A stretch of 64,000 bases of DNA from Minisyncoccota bacterium (GTDB taxonomy: Bacteria > Patescibacteriota > Minisyncoccia > UBA6257 > JAGOQP01). The stretch covers positions 6,334-70,333 of the forward strand of contig JBAYIV010000001.1 of the NCBI GenBank assembly GCA_041665445.1, given 5' to 3'. The stretch's first letter is position 1, and each line of letters starts with the position of its first letter. The notes below the pieces were generated by a model. The model did not search any database, was not told the origin of the DNA, and was given only the letters and a program-made list of their open reading frames with translations. This document shows positions 27,060 to 36,811 of this stretch, piece after piece. The position numbers were made by a program, and so were the translations under genes.

Positions 27060-28172
27060 TTATAAACCGCATTTTTGAATAGTCGCCGGTCCCCACAATC
27101 TCCAACTGCTCCCGTTTCCAGATAATTCGCACGCCTTTGCGATGTTATCGCTGGCACTCTGCGCGGCAGAGAGGCACTGCAAATACAACGCTCTATTGGT
27201 GACATTGCACGTCGGGTGACTGCCAGAAAAGGCATGATCAAAAGCGGTGGGACAATTCAGTCCACTAATGGTGTTTGCGCTGATGTTTATTTGAAATAGG
27301 CCAATGGAGACAGGGCTTCCATCGGCACATTTATCAGTGCCGCTTTGAGCCATTGGGTTCCCAGAACTTTCAATCATACAAACTCCACCAGCGATTTGAG
27401 CATTGCTTCCAAAACAAGAGCCCTGAAGCGCGGCCAGAGAGCACGGACCACTTGCCGGCGGCTGACATTGTCCTCCCGCTTGGCTCCCCACTGTTATTTG
27501 CAACGTGCAACTGTGTGTGGTGTCGTTCCCACCGCCCGTTGGGTCCGCCAGGATTGTCCCAAGAGACACGGTATATATTCCATTGTTTTGGAATGTGTGC
27601 GATGGTGAACCGTCTGAACTGCCAGCAGAACCATCTCCAAACGTCCAGGAAAAAGAGGCGGCCGCATCGACATCGGAAGAAAGAGCCACCGCAAGGGGAG
27701 ACGGACCAGACGATGGGGTCGCTGTGATAACACAGTCGCCGGTCCTGGCTCCAGAAGATGATCCCGAATTGCTCGGAAGCGTTGGGACGTTGGGCACTGT
27801 TGGATTTTTGAGATTGACCAACTCAGGATTGATAGTGTAGAGAATGATAAACCCGCCCAGCAACAGCACCACGCCGAAGATGGCGTTTTTGATAATATCA
27901 AGTGCGTCTCCTTTTGCCGCAGCATTGCCGCCGCTCGCCACATACTTCACACCTCCATACACGATCATAATCACCGCCGCACCGGCAACAATCCCGAGGG
28001 CATAATCATATAAACTTTTAACAAAATCGGCCGGGCTTTGTCCCTGTTGCGTAAACGAAGGCAGGCCCGCGCTGATAACATCAGCGTGCGCGGCGTGTCC
28101 AAAAAGACACAGAGCAATTCCGACAACCATTAAAAGAAAAACCTGTTTTTTTCGTAGATAACGCATGTTCAT
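27060..28172 (-). CDS. VirB2/TrbC-like pilin fused to PKD and lysozyme-like (SLT) domains
   Basis: MIVYGGVKY..SGGN...A...IKNAIFG...ILYTINP pilin; FSWTFGDGS..PSHTF..GIYTVSL PKD; IESSGNPMA...SIGLFQIN SLT. Confidence 0.8.
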   Translation of the reverse strand: MNMRYLRKKQVFLLMVVGIALCLFGHAAHADVISAGLPSFTQQGQSPADFVKSLYDYALGIVAGAAVIMIVYGGVKYVASGGNAAAKGDALDIIKNAIFGVVLLLGGFIILYTINPELVNLKNPTVPNVPTLPSNSGSSSGARTGDCVITATPSSGPSPLAVALSSDVDAAASFSWTFGDGSAGSSDGSPSHTFQNNGIYTVSLGTILADPTGGGNDTTHSCTLQITVGSQAGGQCQPPASGPCSLAALQGSCFGSNAQIAGGVCMIESSGNPMAQSGTDKCADGSPVSIGLFQINISANTISGLNCPTAFDHAFSGSHPTCNVTNRALYLQCLSAAQSASDNIAKACELSGNGSSWRLWGPATIQKCGL

Positions 28173-28891
28173 CGAATAGAAAAGAAGTATGACGCCGATC
28201 CTTGCTCAATGCCGGACTGAGCAGGATTTGACACAACGGCCTGGACAGACTGGCTACCCGCCGCCGCATGCTGATCGAGATGAATAGACAGATGAGACGA
28301 ATCACTGCTCGATTGAGCCGTTGATCCATTGACCGTCCACTTGATGGAAAGCGCCTCTGGAGAAACGGTAAAAAAGAATGGAATAGCCGCAAGATTAATT
28401 ATCTGTCCGGGAGAGAACGAATCAACAAAAGGAGGCGCCTGGATAACAACCTGAGGAGAAACAACGGGAATAGTAAAATAACCCGATTGAATGGCGTTGT
28501 CGCCCATCGTTGGATCGGTGGTCTGCGTCGACACCTTGATATCAAGTTCGCCGCCGCCAAAAACTCTCTTATTCACAAAAAGAATGCTTCCCAAGCCAAT
28601 CCCATGGGCGACCAGATCACCATTAATAAACCACTTGACCGCTCGTCCATCGAGAGAAACAATTTTATTTCCTTGGAGCATCGTCACTGACAAAATAATC
28701 GAGCTTTGGTAGGTGGGCAGCACTTTCCCCGAATACCACGCTGGTGCGCCACCAACGGCGCGCCACGAGAAAAGAAACTGCGGCTGAGTACTCTGGTCTG
28801 CGGCACGAACAAATAAAGCGCCCCCCGACACAAATAAGAAGCTTAAAATAACCGCTCCGCATGCAACATATTTTTTCACATCAATTCTCAT
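28169..28891 (-). CDS. Secreted hypothetical protein, Ig-like
   Basis: Signal/TM segment, FSWRA...YSGKVLPT, two W-x2-NG repeats. Start set at MRIDV. Confidence 0.7.
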   Translation of the reverse strand: MRIDVKKYVACGAVILSFLFVSGGALFVRAADQSTQPQFLFSWRAVGGAPAWYSGKVLPTYQSSIILSVTMLQGNKIVSLDGRAVKWFINGDLVAHGIGLGSILFVNKRVFGGGELDIKVSTQTTDPTMGDNAIQSGYFTIPVVSPQVVIQAPPFVDSFSPGQIINLAAIPFFFTVSPEALSIKWTVNGSTAQSSSDSSHLSIHLDQHAAAGSQSVQAVVSNPAQSGIEQGSASYFFSIR

Positions 28892-28929
28892 CTTTGGATT
28901 AGTATACCACATTCTTATACACAAAAAAA

Positions 28930-29736
28930 CTATGCAGCCACATCAATATCATCATCGTTCCCATGCAAACGAGCGGGGGGAGCGCCTTGCTCACCAACGC
29001 CTTTTCCGCGCAAATCAACAACGTCACCGCCTTTGAGAGCCTGGCCGCCCAAAGAACTCTCTTGGGCGTCCTCTCTCTCGTCTTCTGAGTCTTTGTCAAA
29101 CAATTCCTTTCGTAATTCATCTCGCCGCCCCCGAAGCTTCCGCTCGGCATATTTAAGTCCCTTTTCTTTTGTTTTCTGCCCAAGCGTTTTTTCCGTTTCT
29201 TCTTGAGCCATCTCTTCTGCCCCTTTTTGGACCGTTTTTTCAACACCTTCCTCAACCGCCTTCTGGACGATTTTTTCCCCTCCCTGTTCTATCGCCTCTG
29301 TCGCGACCCGTCCGGCGGTTTCGGCCGCCACATCAACCGCTACTGCTCCTGCGGTTTCAGCACCAACAACACCAGCTTCCGCGGCAATGGTCGCGGGGGC
29401 CGCCGTTCCAACCGTAGCCGCTGTTACGGCGATAAGCGCAACAGTAACGGCGGCAAATTCAATAAGCTTGTTAGAGAGCACGATGCCCACAATCAAACCA
29501 ATAATCAGCACCGGCAAAGGAAGTATAAACGAGGCAATAATCACAACCCGTGGAATAAAGTGATGAAATTTGGGGAGCAAAATAAATCCGACAAAAAGCG
29601 CGGCCGTGTAATGGATGATGATGGTCCAGAAAAAGAAGTCACCCACAAAAGCGCAGACAAAAACAAGAAGAATCATTGGCTCAAGAAAATCTATCTCCTT
29701 GAGAGCGTCAAACTCTGCGATTTTTGAGATGTCCAT
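28930..29736 (-). CDS. Membrane protein with an Ala/Gly-rich segment and a charged tail
   Basis: 3-4 TM helices, then AAEAG repeats and an E/K-rich C-terminus. Confidence 0.7.
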   Translation of the reverse strand: MDISKIAEFDALKEIDFLEPMILLVFVCAFVGDFFFWTIIIHYTAALFVGFILLPKFHHFIPRVVIIASFILPLPVLIIGLIVGIVLSNKLIEFAAVTVALIAVTAATVGTAAPATIAAEAGVVGAETAGAVAVDVAAETAGRVATEAIEQGGEKIVQKAVEEGVEKTVQKGAEEMAQEETEKTLGQKTKEKGLKYAERKLRGRRDELRKELFDKDSEDEREDAQESSLGGQALKGGDVVDLRGKGVGEQGAPPARLHGNDDDIDVAA

Positions 29737-29782
29737 ACAAACAGTATATTACACCGCCACAGTCCCCCTCCCAAGAAACAGA

Positions 29783-31549
29783 TTACTGCCCCATAAGATC
29801 GCCCCCCTCTTCGCCGAGCAATTCTTGCGGCTTGGTGGTCACCACTCGATTTTCAAAGAATGACGCCACCACCTGAATGGCCACATGTTTCAATCCCGCA
29901 AAAAACAATCCTTGCCCCACGCCGGACTCAAGCAATAGATTTTTTTCCGCATCGGTAAGATTAAATGTTTTGCCGATGATATCGATACTTGCCGGCGCTT
30001 GTTTGAGTAAGAGCTGAAGCGACGAGTTGGTAATAATCGGCTTGCCATAGGGAGAACCAAGAAAGTCCTCCACCTCCTGCGTGATCGTGGTCAATCCCAG
30101 ATAATATTTGCGGCCGCGCTTTGCTAGCCCGAATAAAAACGCTGCGCCCTCCGGATATTTCATCAACACCCACGCTTCATCGATAACCAGCAAACGACGC
30201 TTGAGCTCCGATCGAACAATGTTCCAAATAAAGTTCAAAATCACATACATCGCGATCGGCCGCAGCTCTTCGTCCAAATCGCGCATTGAAAAAACAATCA
30301 AGCGGTTCCGCAAATCAATATTGGTGCGATGGTTGATAAAGCCGACGTAACTGCCTTCGGTAAACCGATAGAGCTTTTCGCCCATACTGCGCCCTCCCTC
30401 CATATTATGCAACACCGTCTGCAGATCCGACAAAAGTGGCGGATCGATTTTCAAAAAATTCGGATTGTCCGGCGTAATATCATACGAAGCGTACGTTTCC
30501 GTCAGTGCACGATCAAGCAGTGACTCCTCCTCAACGCTGATGTCGCCCAACATAATTTTCAAAAGACCCGTCAGGTTGAGAATGTGCGAACGGAAAACGT
30601 CGGCGGGATCTTCACCCTTGGGAACCTGCGGGATATCGAACGGATTAATATGCTGATCGGACGTTAAAGAAATTTTGAAATAAGTACCCCCAACCGAATC
30701 GCACAAATTTTTATATTCATCTTCCGGATCAATAACAATAACATCGGTCCCAATCATCAGCGACCGAAGAATCTCGAGTTTGCTTGCATATGATTTTCCG
30801 GATCCAGATTTGGCGAAAATAACCATGTTGCCGTTTTCCAGCGAAAAACGGTCGAAAATAACCAGCGAATTATTGTGCTGATTAATGCCGTAGAGAATAC
30901 CTGTTTCAGACGTGAGCTCGGTTGAGACGAAAGGGAAAAACGACGACACGGGGCCCGAATTCATCGGTGTCGTAATCATCAACTTGTCCTGCCCAAGCGG
31001 CAAGCACGAGGTGAGCCCCTCAATCTGCTGGAAAATAGCCGGCTTAATATAAATCAACTTACTTTCAAAAATATTTATTACCGTTTCCTCTAAGTCGTCC
31101 AGCTTCTTCAGCGAGTCGGCATAGATGGTGATGTAGACCGAGGTATCAAAAAGCCGTTCGCGAGCCTGTTGCAGGCTGTCGCGCAACGACTCAATGTCGG
31201 AAAATGCCGTCTCCAGCATCGGGTCGCGCACAAATCCCTTTTCTTGCCGATCGGAAAGTTCGGCCTCTATCTGCGCCGCCTTTTTGCGCAAATTCCGCAA
31301 CGCGAGCGCCGTATCAACGGGATGAACGAAGATTGACGCATCAAAATATTGCGGCAAGTTGATGATCGCCGAAAACCATCCCGTCGAAAGATACCGTGGA
31401 TACGAAAACACAAACAATGTGCGCGCAAACCGCTCGCCTATTTTGACATAGCTTTGGTTAACCTCCATGGCCGCGGGCGCGATGAGATTTTCCATGTCTC
31501 CCTCTTCTTGACCTGCGTATGGTTTTAAAACACGTATTTGATCTGCCAT
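29783..31549 (-). CDS. VirB4-like ATPase
   Basis: FAKSGSGKS Walker A, VIDPEDEY, LVIDEAW Walker B, RGRKY.LGL..ITQ. Confidence 0.92.
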   Translation of the reverse strand: MADQIRVLKPYAGQEEGDMENLIAPAAMEVNQSYVKIGERFARTLFVFSYPRYLSTGWFSAIINLPQYFDASIFVHPVDTALALRNLRKKAAQIEAELSDRQEKGFVRDPMLETAFSDIESLRDSLQQARERLFDTSVYITIYADSLKKLDDLEETVINIFESKLIYIKPAIFQQIEGLTSCLPLGQDKLMITTPMNSGPVSSFFPFVSTELTSETGILYGINQHNNSLVIFDRFSLENGNMVIFAKSGSGKSYASKLEILRSLMIGTDVIVIDPEDEYKNLCDSVGGTYFKISLTSDQHINPFDIPQVPKGEDPADVFRSHILNLTGLLKIMLGDISVEEESLLDRALTETYASYDITPDNPNFLKIDPPLLSDLQTVLHNMEGGRSMGEKLYRFTEGSYVGFINHRTNIDLRNRLIVFSMRDLDEELRPIAMYVILNFIWNIVRSELKRRLLVIDEAWVLMKYPEGAAFLFGLAKRGRKYYLGLTTITQEVEDFLGSPYGKPIITNSSLQLLLKQAPASIDIIGKTFNLTDAEKNLLLESGVGQGLFFAGLKHVAIQVVASFFENRVVTTKPQELLGEEGGDLMGQ

Positions 31550-31561
31550 AAAATATGCTCG

Positions 31562-32260
31562 TTATGCCGCACCGCGCGGGGATGGGTGCGCTGTTTCTTT
31601 GGGAAGCTTTTTTTCTATTGTTTCCGGATTGTAGAGATTGTAGTAGAGCTCGGTCAACTCGCCGTCGTTGAGCACCACCGCACGCAAACCAATCTGCGAC
31701 AAGCCCGCGATAACTTGATCAACGCGTTGCTGCAATTGCACCGTCTGCTCCTCAAACGATTCTTGCTCCTCTGTTTTGTTTCCCTTCTTTTTCATAAAAG
31801 GAATGAAATCAGTAATGCTGCGACGCACTTCTTTCAACCCGCCGCTATCATACGGGATAATGGTAAAAAAAGTTTTGGTCATAATCTCATTATTTTTGAC
31901 CAACCCGCCAATATATTCAATGTATTCAGCTGTTTGCGTTTTGAGCAGCTGGCTTGTTTCCGCAACACGGATTTCCTCCATGCGCGCCAGATACGCATCA
32001 ATATTAAGTTTGCGCGAATGGACGATGGTCTGCAAAGAGAAGTCTAGTCCATTGAGAAAGTTTTGGTACGACGACGTGATGATGTCCTGTTCTTCTTGGG
32101 ATTTTAAGTCAAAATTGATCCCCGCCACCATTACCACGGCACGCAAACCACCGCTTTTAAGCGAAACCACCCCGTTTTTAATCTGTTTAACGTCAACAAA
32201 CCGCTGGGTCGAATCAGGCGCAACGGTTATTTTTTCTTTTTCAGTAATGCCTTGGGCCAT
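31562..32260 (-). CDS. VirB4-associated protein resembling the VirB4 N-terminal region
   Basis: STQRFV, INFDLKSQEEQ, FLNGLDF and YNLYNP; sits between PrgI and VirB4. Start MAQGI. Confidence 0.75.
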   Translation of the reverse strand: MAQGITEKEKITVAPDSTQRFVDVKQIKNGVVSLKSGGLRAVVMVAGINFDLKSQEEQDIITSSYQNFLNGLDFSLQTIVHSRKLNIDAYLARMEEIRVAETSQLLKTQTAEYIEYIGGLVKNNEIMTKTFFTIIPYDSGGLKEVRRSITDFIPFMKKKGNKTEEQESFEEQTVQLQQRVDQVIAGLSQIGLRAVVLNDGELTELYYNLYNPETIEKKLPKETAHPSPRGAA

Positions 32261-32306
32261 ACAATACAATAAGTATACACGAAAAGAAGCCGCAAACAAA
32301 AAAGTC

Positions 32307-32831
32307 CTAGCGATAATCAATGCGCCGAGCAACTTCTTTCTCGCCGGTTGTCCGGCGGAAAACCTCAAATTGTTCCCGCACATCTTCAAGTTTCGGTTGC
32401 GGTTCTTTTTCCCGATGAGGGATGGGATTGCGGGTCGTGGAAAGCTCTTGCCACAATTTTGCCACGTTTGAATTTTTCTGCTGCGTTTCCCCCAGCGCCT
32501 GTCGTCGCGCGGCGATGACGACCGTGGGAATGGTGATCATTTCTTGTATCACGGGGCGTTTCCACAAAAAAACCTTGGGGCCCCAGAAAAATTCAACGGC
32601 GTAGATAGTGAGCATATAGAGCGGCCGCTCGTTTATCTTGATAAACGCAAATGATGCACCAGCACCCATGAGAATAATCGCCACCGGTATCCACGCCCAC
32701 AAAGCAAGGGTAAAGTAGAGGAAAAAACACGCCAGCGCTGACGTGGCGACAAAGCCGAATTGCTTGATGGTCAACGGACCAACAATCTTGCTTTCAGTAT
32801 CTATAAATTGAGGAACTTCAAACTGAGCCAT
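32307..32831 (-). CDS. PrgI-family (VirB3-like) membrane protein
   Basis: QFEVPQFIDTESKIVGPLTIKQF plus two TM helices. Confidence 0.88.
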   Translation of the reverse strand: MAQFEVPQFIDTESKIVGPLTIKQFGFVATSALACFFLYFTLALWAWIPVAIILMGAGASFAFIKINERPLYMLTIYAVEFFWGPKVFLWKRPVIQEMITIPTVVIAARRQALGETQQKNSNVAKLWQELSTTRNPIPHREKEPQPKLEDVREQFEVFRRTTGEKEVARRIDYR

Positions 32832-32882
32832 AAATCTTTCTTAGTATATCCCACCGCCGCTCTTTGTACAAAGCACAAAGAA

Positions 32883-34625
32883 TTATGATTTTCTAAAAAA
32901 AGAGAAGAACCCTCGCTTTTTTTGAGGAGCGGAAACTACCGGTGTTTGGCCATAGCCAACCGCCGGATATTGATCGTGTTTATCAACAGAGATGCCGACG
33001 GTTTGCGCGGCCCCCTGCGATGGTGGGGGAACTTGTACGTCAGCGACCGCTGGTGCCGCGCTTTGATGCGACGGCTGACTAGAAAGATTTTTTGAAAACC
33101 CACTATAGGAAAGGTTTTGATACTGTGATCCCGACCGCGCCTGCGCAACAGACGGATCGTCTCGCTTATGAATGATAACCGGACCCATGTCCACAACTTC
33201 ATTGGGGTCGATTGGTTTTTTATTCACCTCCTGTTGGCGAGGCAAACCCATACCACTCACCATAGGCGCGTCGGCATCTTTTGGTGCCGGAGTCGACGAG
33301 GCTAATGGCGCCATCTTCATGGGGCGAGATGGCATTGCCTCGTGCGCGGGCTGACCCGCCTGATATGGGTTACCCGAGGAGGAACCACCCTCTTCGCGCG
33401 TTTGTCTGACCTCAACGACAACATCGGGTTGCCGTGGCGCCTGTGCCGGTGGAGCCCATTGTATTGGACGAACTTGCGGCGGTGCCTGTTCTGGTTCTGC
33501 GACGCGTCCCGTTGGTTGGTTTAAAACCGGTTGAGTATTTATATTGCCGCCAAACGCAGAGGTTTGAGTGGGGAGGGGTTGTGGAGCGTTGTTCTGCGGA
33601 GCAATCGATACATTGACCGATGCTGGACTTGTGGGAGGCGTTGTTTCAATGGTTTTTTGAGAGATTTTTGTTTCCTGAGGATGAATAACAGGTGCTGACG
33701 GTAATGGAAGAATTTCTTTTTTCTCATTAGGATGTATTGGCTTTCCTGCTATTGGATGCGGCACGGGCATCACCTCCGGAAGACGCGAGTCTTCAATGAC
33801 CGGCAAAAGATCATGTTCTGGTTTTTTTATTTTTGGATCAAGTGCGCCGCTCGGCTTAACCGATGCCGGAGAAGATGGGTGGCGAGCGTTGAGCAGTGCG
33901 GAGTCGTCCGATGGTGCCGCGGCTGGCTGGCCCATGATGCGGCGAGAAGCGGCAATGTTCTCATTTTCTATCCCCCATAAGTCTTTAGTTGAAAGCGAAA
34001 AAATATCTTTCTCTGAATCCGGCGAAGGCGGAACGGGACGGCGAGATGCTCCCTCAACGTCTTGTTTTTTCTGGATAATGGACGGCTCAGATGATGGACT
34101 GGTTTCTTTTTGCTGAAGCGGACGGGACGCACGCGGCGGGACAAACGCACCAGTACCTCCCGATTCTTTCATCGCAAGAATTCTGGGACCCGCTTCTTCT
34201 TTTTTAAGGTTCACTGTTCCCTCGGGCTCGGGCGTTTTAAGATTTATTTGAGAAACAACGTCTGGTTTTTGAACGCTCGCCGCATCAATCACGCCCACTT
34301 TGAATTTCAAATAATTATCCTCGATGTCTTTGCGAATCGGCTCAAAAAGATTAGCGTCAATTTCTTGATATACCGCCAAGGCCGTTTTCTCATTAACCGC
34401 AAGCACTTCTTGAAGCTCGCGCATCGCGTCGCGATAGGGAAGAAAACCGAGAAAAACAAGATCGACGATTTTTTCTAGATCGTATCTATTATCGGGAGTT
34501 ATTTGATTTTTTTCAGCTATGCGATCAAGGTGATGGTCGTTGACAATAGAAAAAATAGCATCTCTTAAAACTTGCGAGATGTTTTCCCATCTTTCATTTA
34601 TCTGTTCACGAGAAATTCTAATCAT
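32883..34625 (-). CDS. Hypothetical protein: N-terminal helical domain plus a long Pro/Ser/Gln-rich disordered region
   Basis: 580-aa ORF in operon orientation; composition. Confidence 0.75.
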   Translation of the reverse strand: MIRISREQINERWENISQVLRDAIFSIVNDHHLDRIAEKNQITPDNRYDLEKIVDLVFLGFLPYRDAMRELQEVLAVNEKTALAVYQEIDANLFEPIRKDIEDNYLKFKVGVIDAASVQKPDVVSQINLKTPEPEGTVNLKKEEAGPRILAMKESGGTGAFVPPRASRPLQQKETSPSSEPSIIQKKQDVEGASRRPVPPSPDSEKDIFSLSTKDLWGIENENIAASRRIMGQPAAAPSDDSALLNARHPSSPASVKPSGALDPKIKKPEHDLLPVIEDSRLPEVMPVPHPIAGKPIHPNEKKEILPLPSAPVIHPQETKISQKTIETTPPTSPASVNVSIAPQNNAPQPLPTQTSAFGGNINTQPVLNQPTGRVAEPEQAPPQVRPIQWAPPAQAPRQPDVVVEVRQTREEGGSSSGNPYQAGQPAHEAMPSRPMKMAPLASSTPAPKDADAPMVSGMGLPRQQEVNKKPIDPNEVVDMGPVIIHKRDDPSVAQARSGSQYQNLSYSGFSKNLSSQPSHQSAAPAVADVQVPPPSQGAAQTVGISVDKHDQYPAVGYGQTPVVSAPQKKRGFFSFFRKS

Positions 34626-34650
34626 TGCTTTGTTGATGTGTGTAAAAAAC

Positions 34651-36750
34651 CTATACCAACTTCATTGCGTCACCAAATGCTTTGACGCGGGCATTTTTTG
34701 ACTTCCTCATCTCCGGAGCTAGTTTGGTAATGTCGCCACGTATGGCAGCAAATTTCACTGTCTCCGCCAACTCATCGGCAATTTGCTTATCAAGATTCAC
34801 CTTTCTCTCAACCAAAACCTCTACCTTCTTTTTGGACGCGACGACCGGTCTTCTGTTTTTGATGTCATCTTGATACTCTGTTTGTGCATTATTAATTTCT
34901 GCTTGCAATTTTGTTGGCAGATCGCGCTTATTGTCGGCGACCTGAGTGCTGTATTCATCCAGAACCACACCAGCCCCGTCCATAAAGAATTTCTCGCGAT
35001 CATTGGAATTGGTTATTTGAGCCGCCGTAGCCCTTGTTTTTGCCGGATCATCATAGGCAAGGTTATGTGTCTGATTACGATAGTCAATACTGGCTCCAGT
35101 GCCAAATTTTGCATTTAAGGCGCTGACGCCATTCTTGTCGGCAAAATATTTTCCTTGAGCGATGGCTTTCCCATCGTTTTTCATAAAACGAGCGTAATCA
35201 TCGGACGACATCACGGAAACCGCTTTGCCTGTTTCGGTCATGAACCGAGCCCTGTCGCCGGCCGCATATGCTTGAATCGCGCCTTCATTTAATCCGCGCG
35301 CAGCCAAAACAGCTTGCGCCTCTTTTCCTTTAGGGTTGTCTTTTTTCAATCCTTCATGAAGCGCAATTATTTCCCCCATACTATATTTCCCGCCGTCTCC
35401 ATCGGCCAAAACTTGAGCCATCGCCAATCGCCCCTGCGGACCGCCAATCATTCTTGCTAGTTCGGCTTTTTGTTTTCCGGTACCAGCGAGCTTTGCCTCA
35501 ACGTACGCTTTAGATTTTTCTTCCATAGCTTGAGTCCCCCGCGCATGCATTTGTGCCGCAGAGTCAAGGAACAGCGCTTTCCCCAGAGTTGTGCTCCCCG
35601 CCTTATTGAGTCCACCCTGGAGCTTTGCCCGCATGCTCTTGTCTCCCCCTGCGTTATAGGCACGGTTAGCGCCCCGCGTTCCATATTCCTTTGCTTTGCC
35701 CTTGGTATAATCGGCGACTTTCTTTGCGGAGCCGGTGGCCATCTGACCCCCATAGACACCAATTTTTGACGCCACCATCATGCCACCCATCAGCATAGCA
35801 ACCGCCATCAGCGACCCAACGATATTACTAAACGGCATCCCCGAAACCACATCTCCTCCTTTGGTGGTTAAGGCAGACATAAAACCGCTAAATCCCGGAT
35901 CCTGCGCCCGCCCGCCCACGCCGTTAATTGAGGCATAGAGCTGCATTGATAAATTAAGAAAAAACAAAACAGCCGGAGGGAAAATCATCCATTTTATAAA
36001 TTCATCCCACCAAGATTTCCAGTGTTTTTGCGTTGTGGGGAAAATCCACAGTAACCACACAATAGGCGAAAGCATCATTAAAAACGCCACAAAAAAGTAT
36101 CGCACCAGTAAAATAATGGCAAAACTCAACAATGTCATAAAAATAATAACCTGGATGAAAATACCAACGAGCGCTGTTATGGTGTCACTGATGTCGCTTG
36201 CGGCACTTGAAAAGAAAAAGGTTTTTATTTTATCCATCGCGGTAGAACTCGCATTCGTATACACAAGCGGGTTAAGCGCGCTCACCGTTTTTTCCGCCGC
36301 AATCAACGCCATGTCCCCGGCCGATCCGGTTCCCGATCCGGTCCCGCCCGCGATTGCCGTAAGATAATAATCGGAAAAATTTTGAGACACCACGAGAAAC
36401 GGCGAGATAATAGCCAAGCTAAAATTTACCAAGAGCGCCGCCACGATGAGTTTCCATAAAATCTGAGATGCGGAATAATTTTTCCAACGAAAAATAGTTG
36501 CAAAAGCAATAATAATAATCCCCAGGACAAATCCCAAATTTGCCAGATCACGAAACATTGACCACCCCTGCAAAATAAAACTATTCATTCCGTTCCAATC
36601 AAGATGCGTCAACGTTGAATTAAGCCACAACGCAAGAGCCACCAATAAACTGGCAAGTTTAATTAAAACCGTCACCAAACCCATGAGAAGCGTGGCGAGG
36701 GCCTTAACCACCGTGGCAACACTTGGCAAAAAACCTGTAAAAAGTGGCAT
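34651..36750 (-). CDS. VirB6/TrbL-like polytopic membrane protein
   Basis: GWSMFRDLANL, LIVAALLVNFS, R...L..LSP and W..WW motifs; G/A/K-rich tail. Confidence 0.8.
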   Translation of the reverse strand: MPLFTGFLPSVATVVKALATLLMGLVTVLIKLASLLVALALWLNSTLTHLDWNGMNSFILQGWSMFRDLANLGFVLGIIIIAFATIFRWKNYSASQILWKLIVAALLVNFSLAIISPFLVVSQNFSDYYLTAIAGGTGSGTGSAGDMALIAAEKTVSALNPLVYTNASSTAMDKIKTFFFSSAASDISDTITALVGIFIQVIIFMTLLSFAIILLVRYFFVAFLMMLSPIVWLLWIFPTTQKHWKSWWDEFIKWMIFPPAVLFFLNLSMQLYASINGVGGRAQDPGFSGFMSALTTKGGDVVSGMPFSNIVGSLMAVAMLMGGMMVASKIGVYGGQMATGSAKKVADYTKGKAKEYGTRGANRAYNAGGDKSMRAKLQGGLNKAGSTTLGKALFLDSAAQMHARGTQAMEEKSKAYVEAKLAGTGKQKAELARMIGGPQGRLAMAQVLADGDGGKYSMGEIIALHEGLKKDNPKGKEAQAVLAARGLNEGAIQAYAAGDRARFMTETGKAVSVMSSDDYARFMKNDGKAIAQGKYFADKNGVSALNAKFGTGASIDYRNQTHNLAYDDPAKTRATAAQITNSNDREKFFMDGAGVVLDEYSTQVADNKRDLPTKLQAEINNAQTEYQDDIKNRRPVVASKKKVEVLVERKVNLDKQIADELAETVKFAAIRGDITKLAPEMRKSKNARVKAFGDAMKLV

Positions 36751-36811
36751 GCCTATATATGTTAGATAATGTTAGCTTGTCTCCAGAACAACCAGCTTGC
36801 CTCGGAATTAA

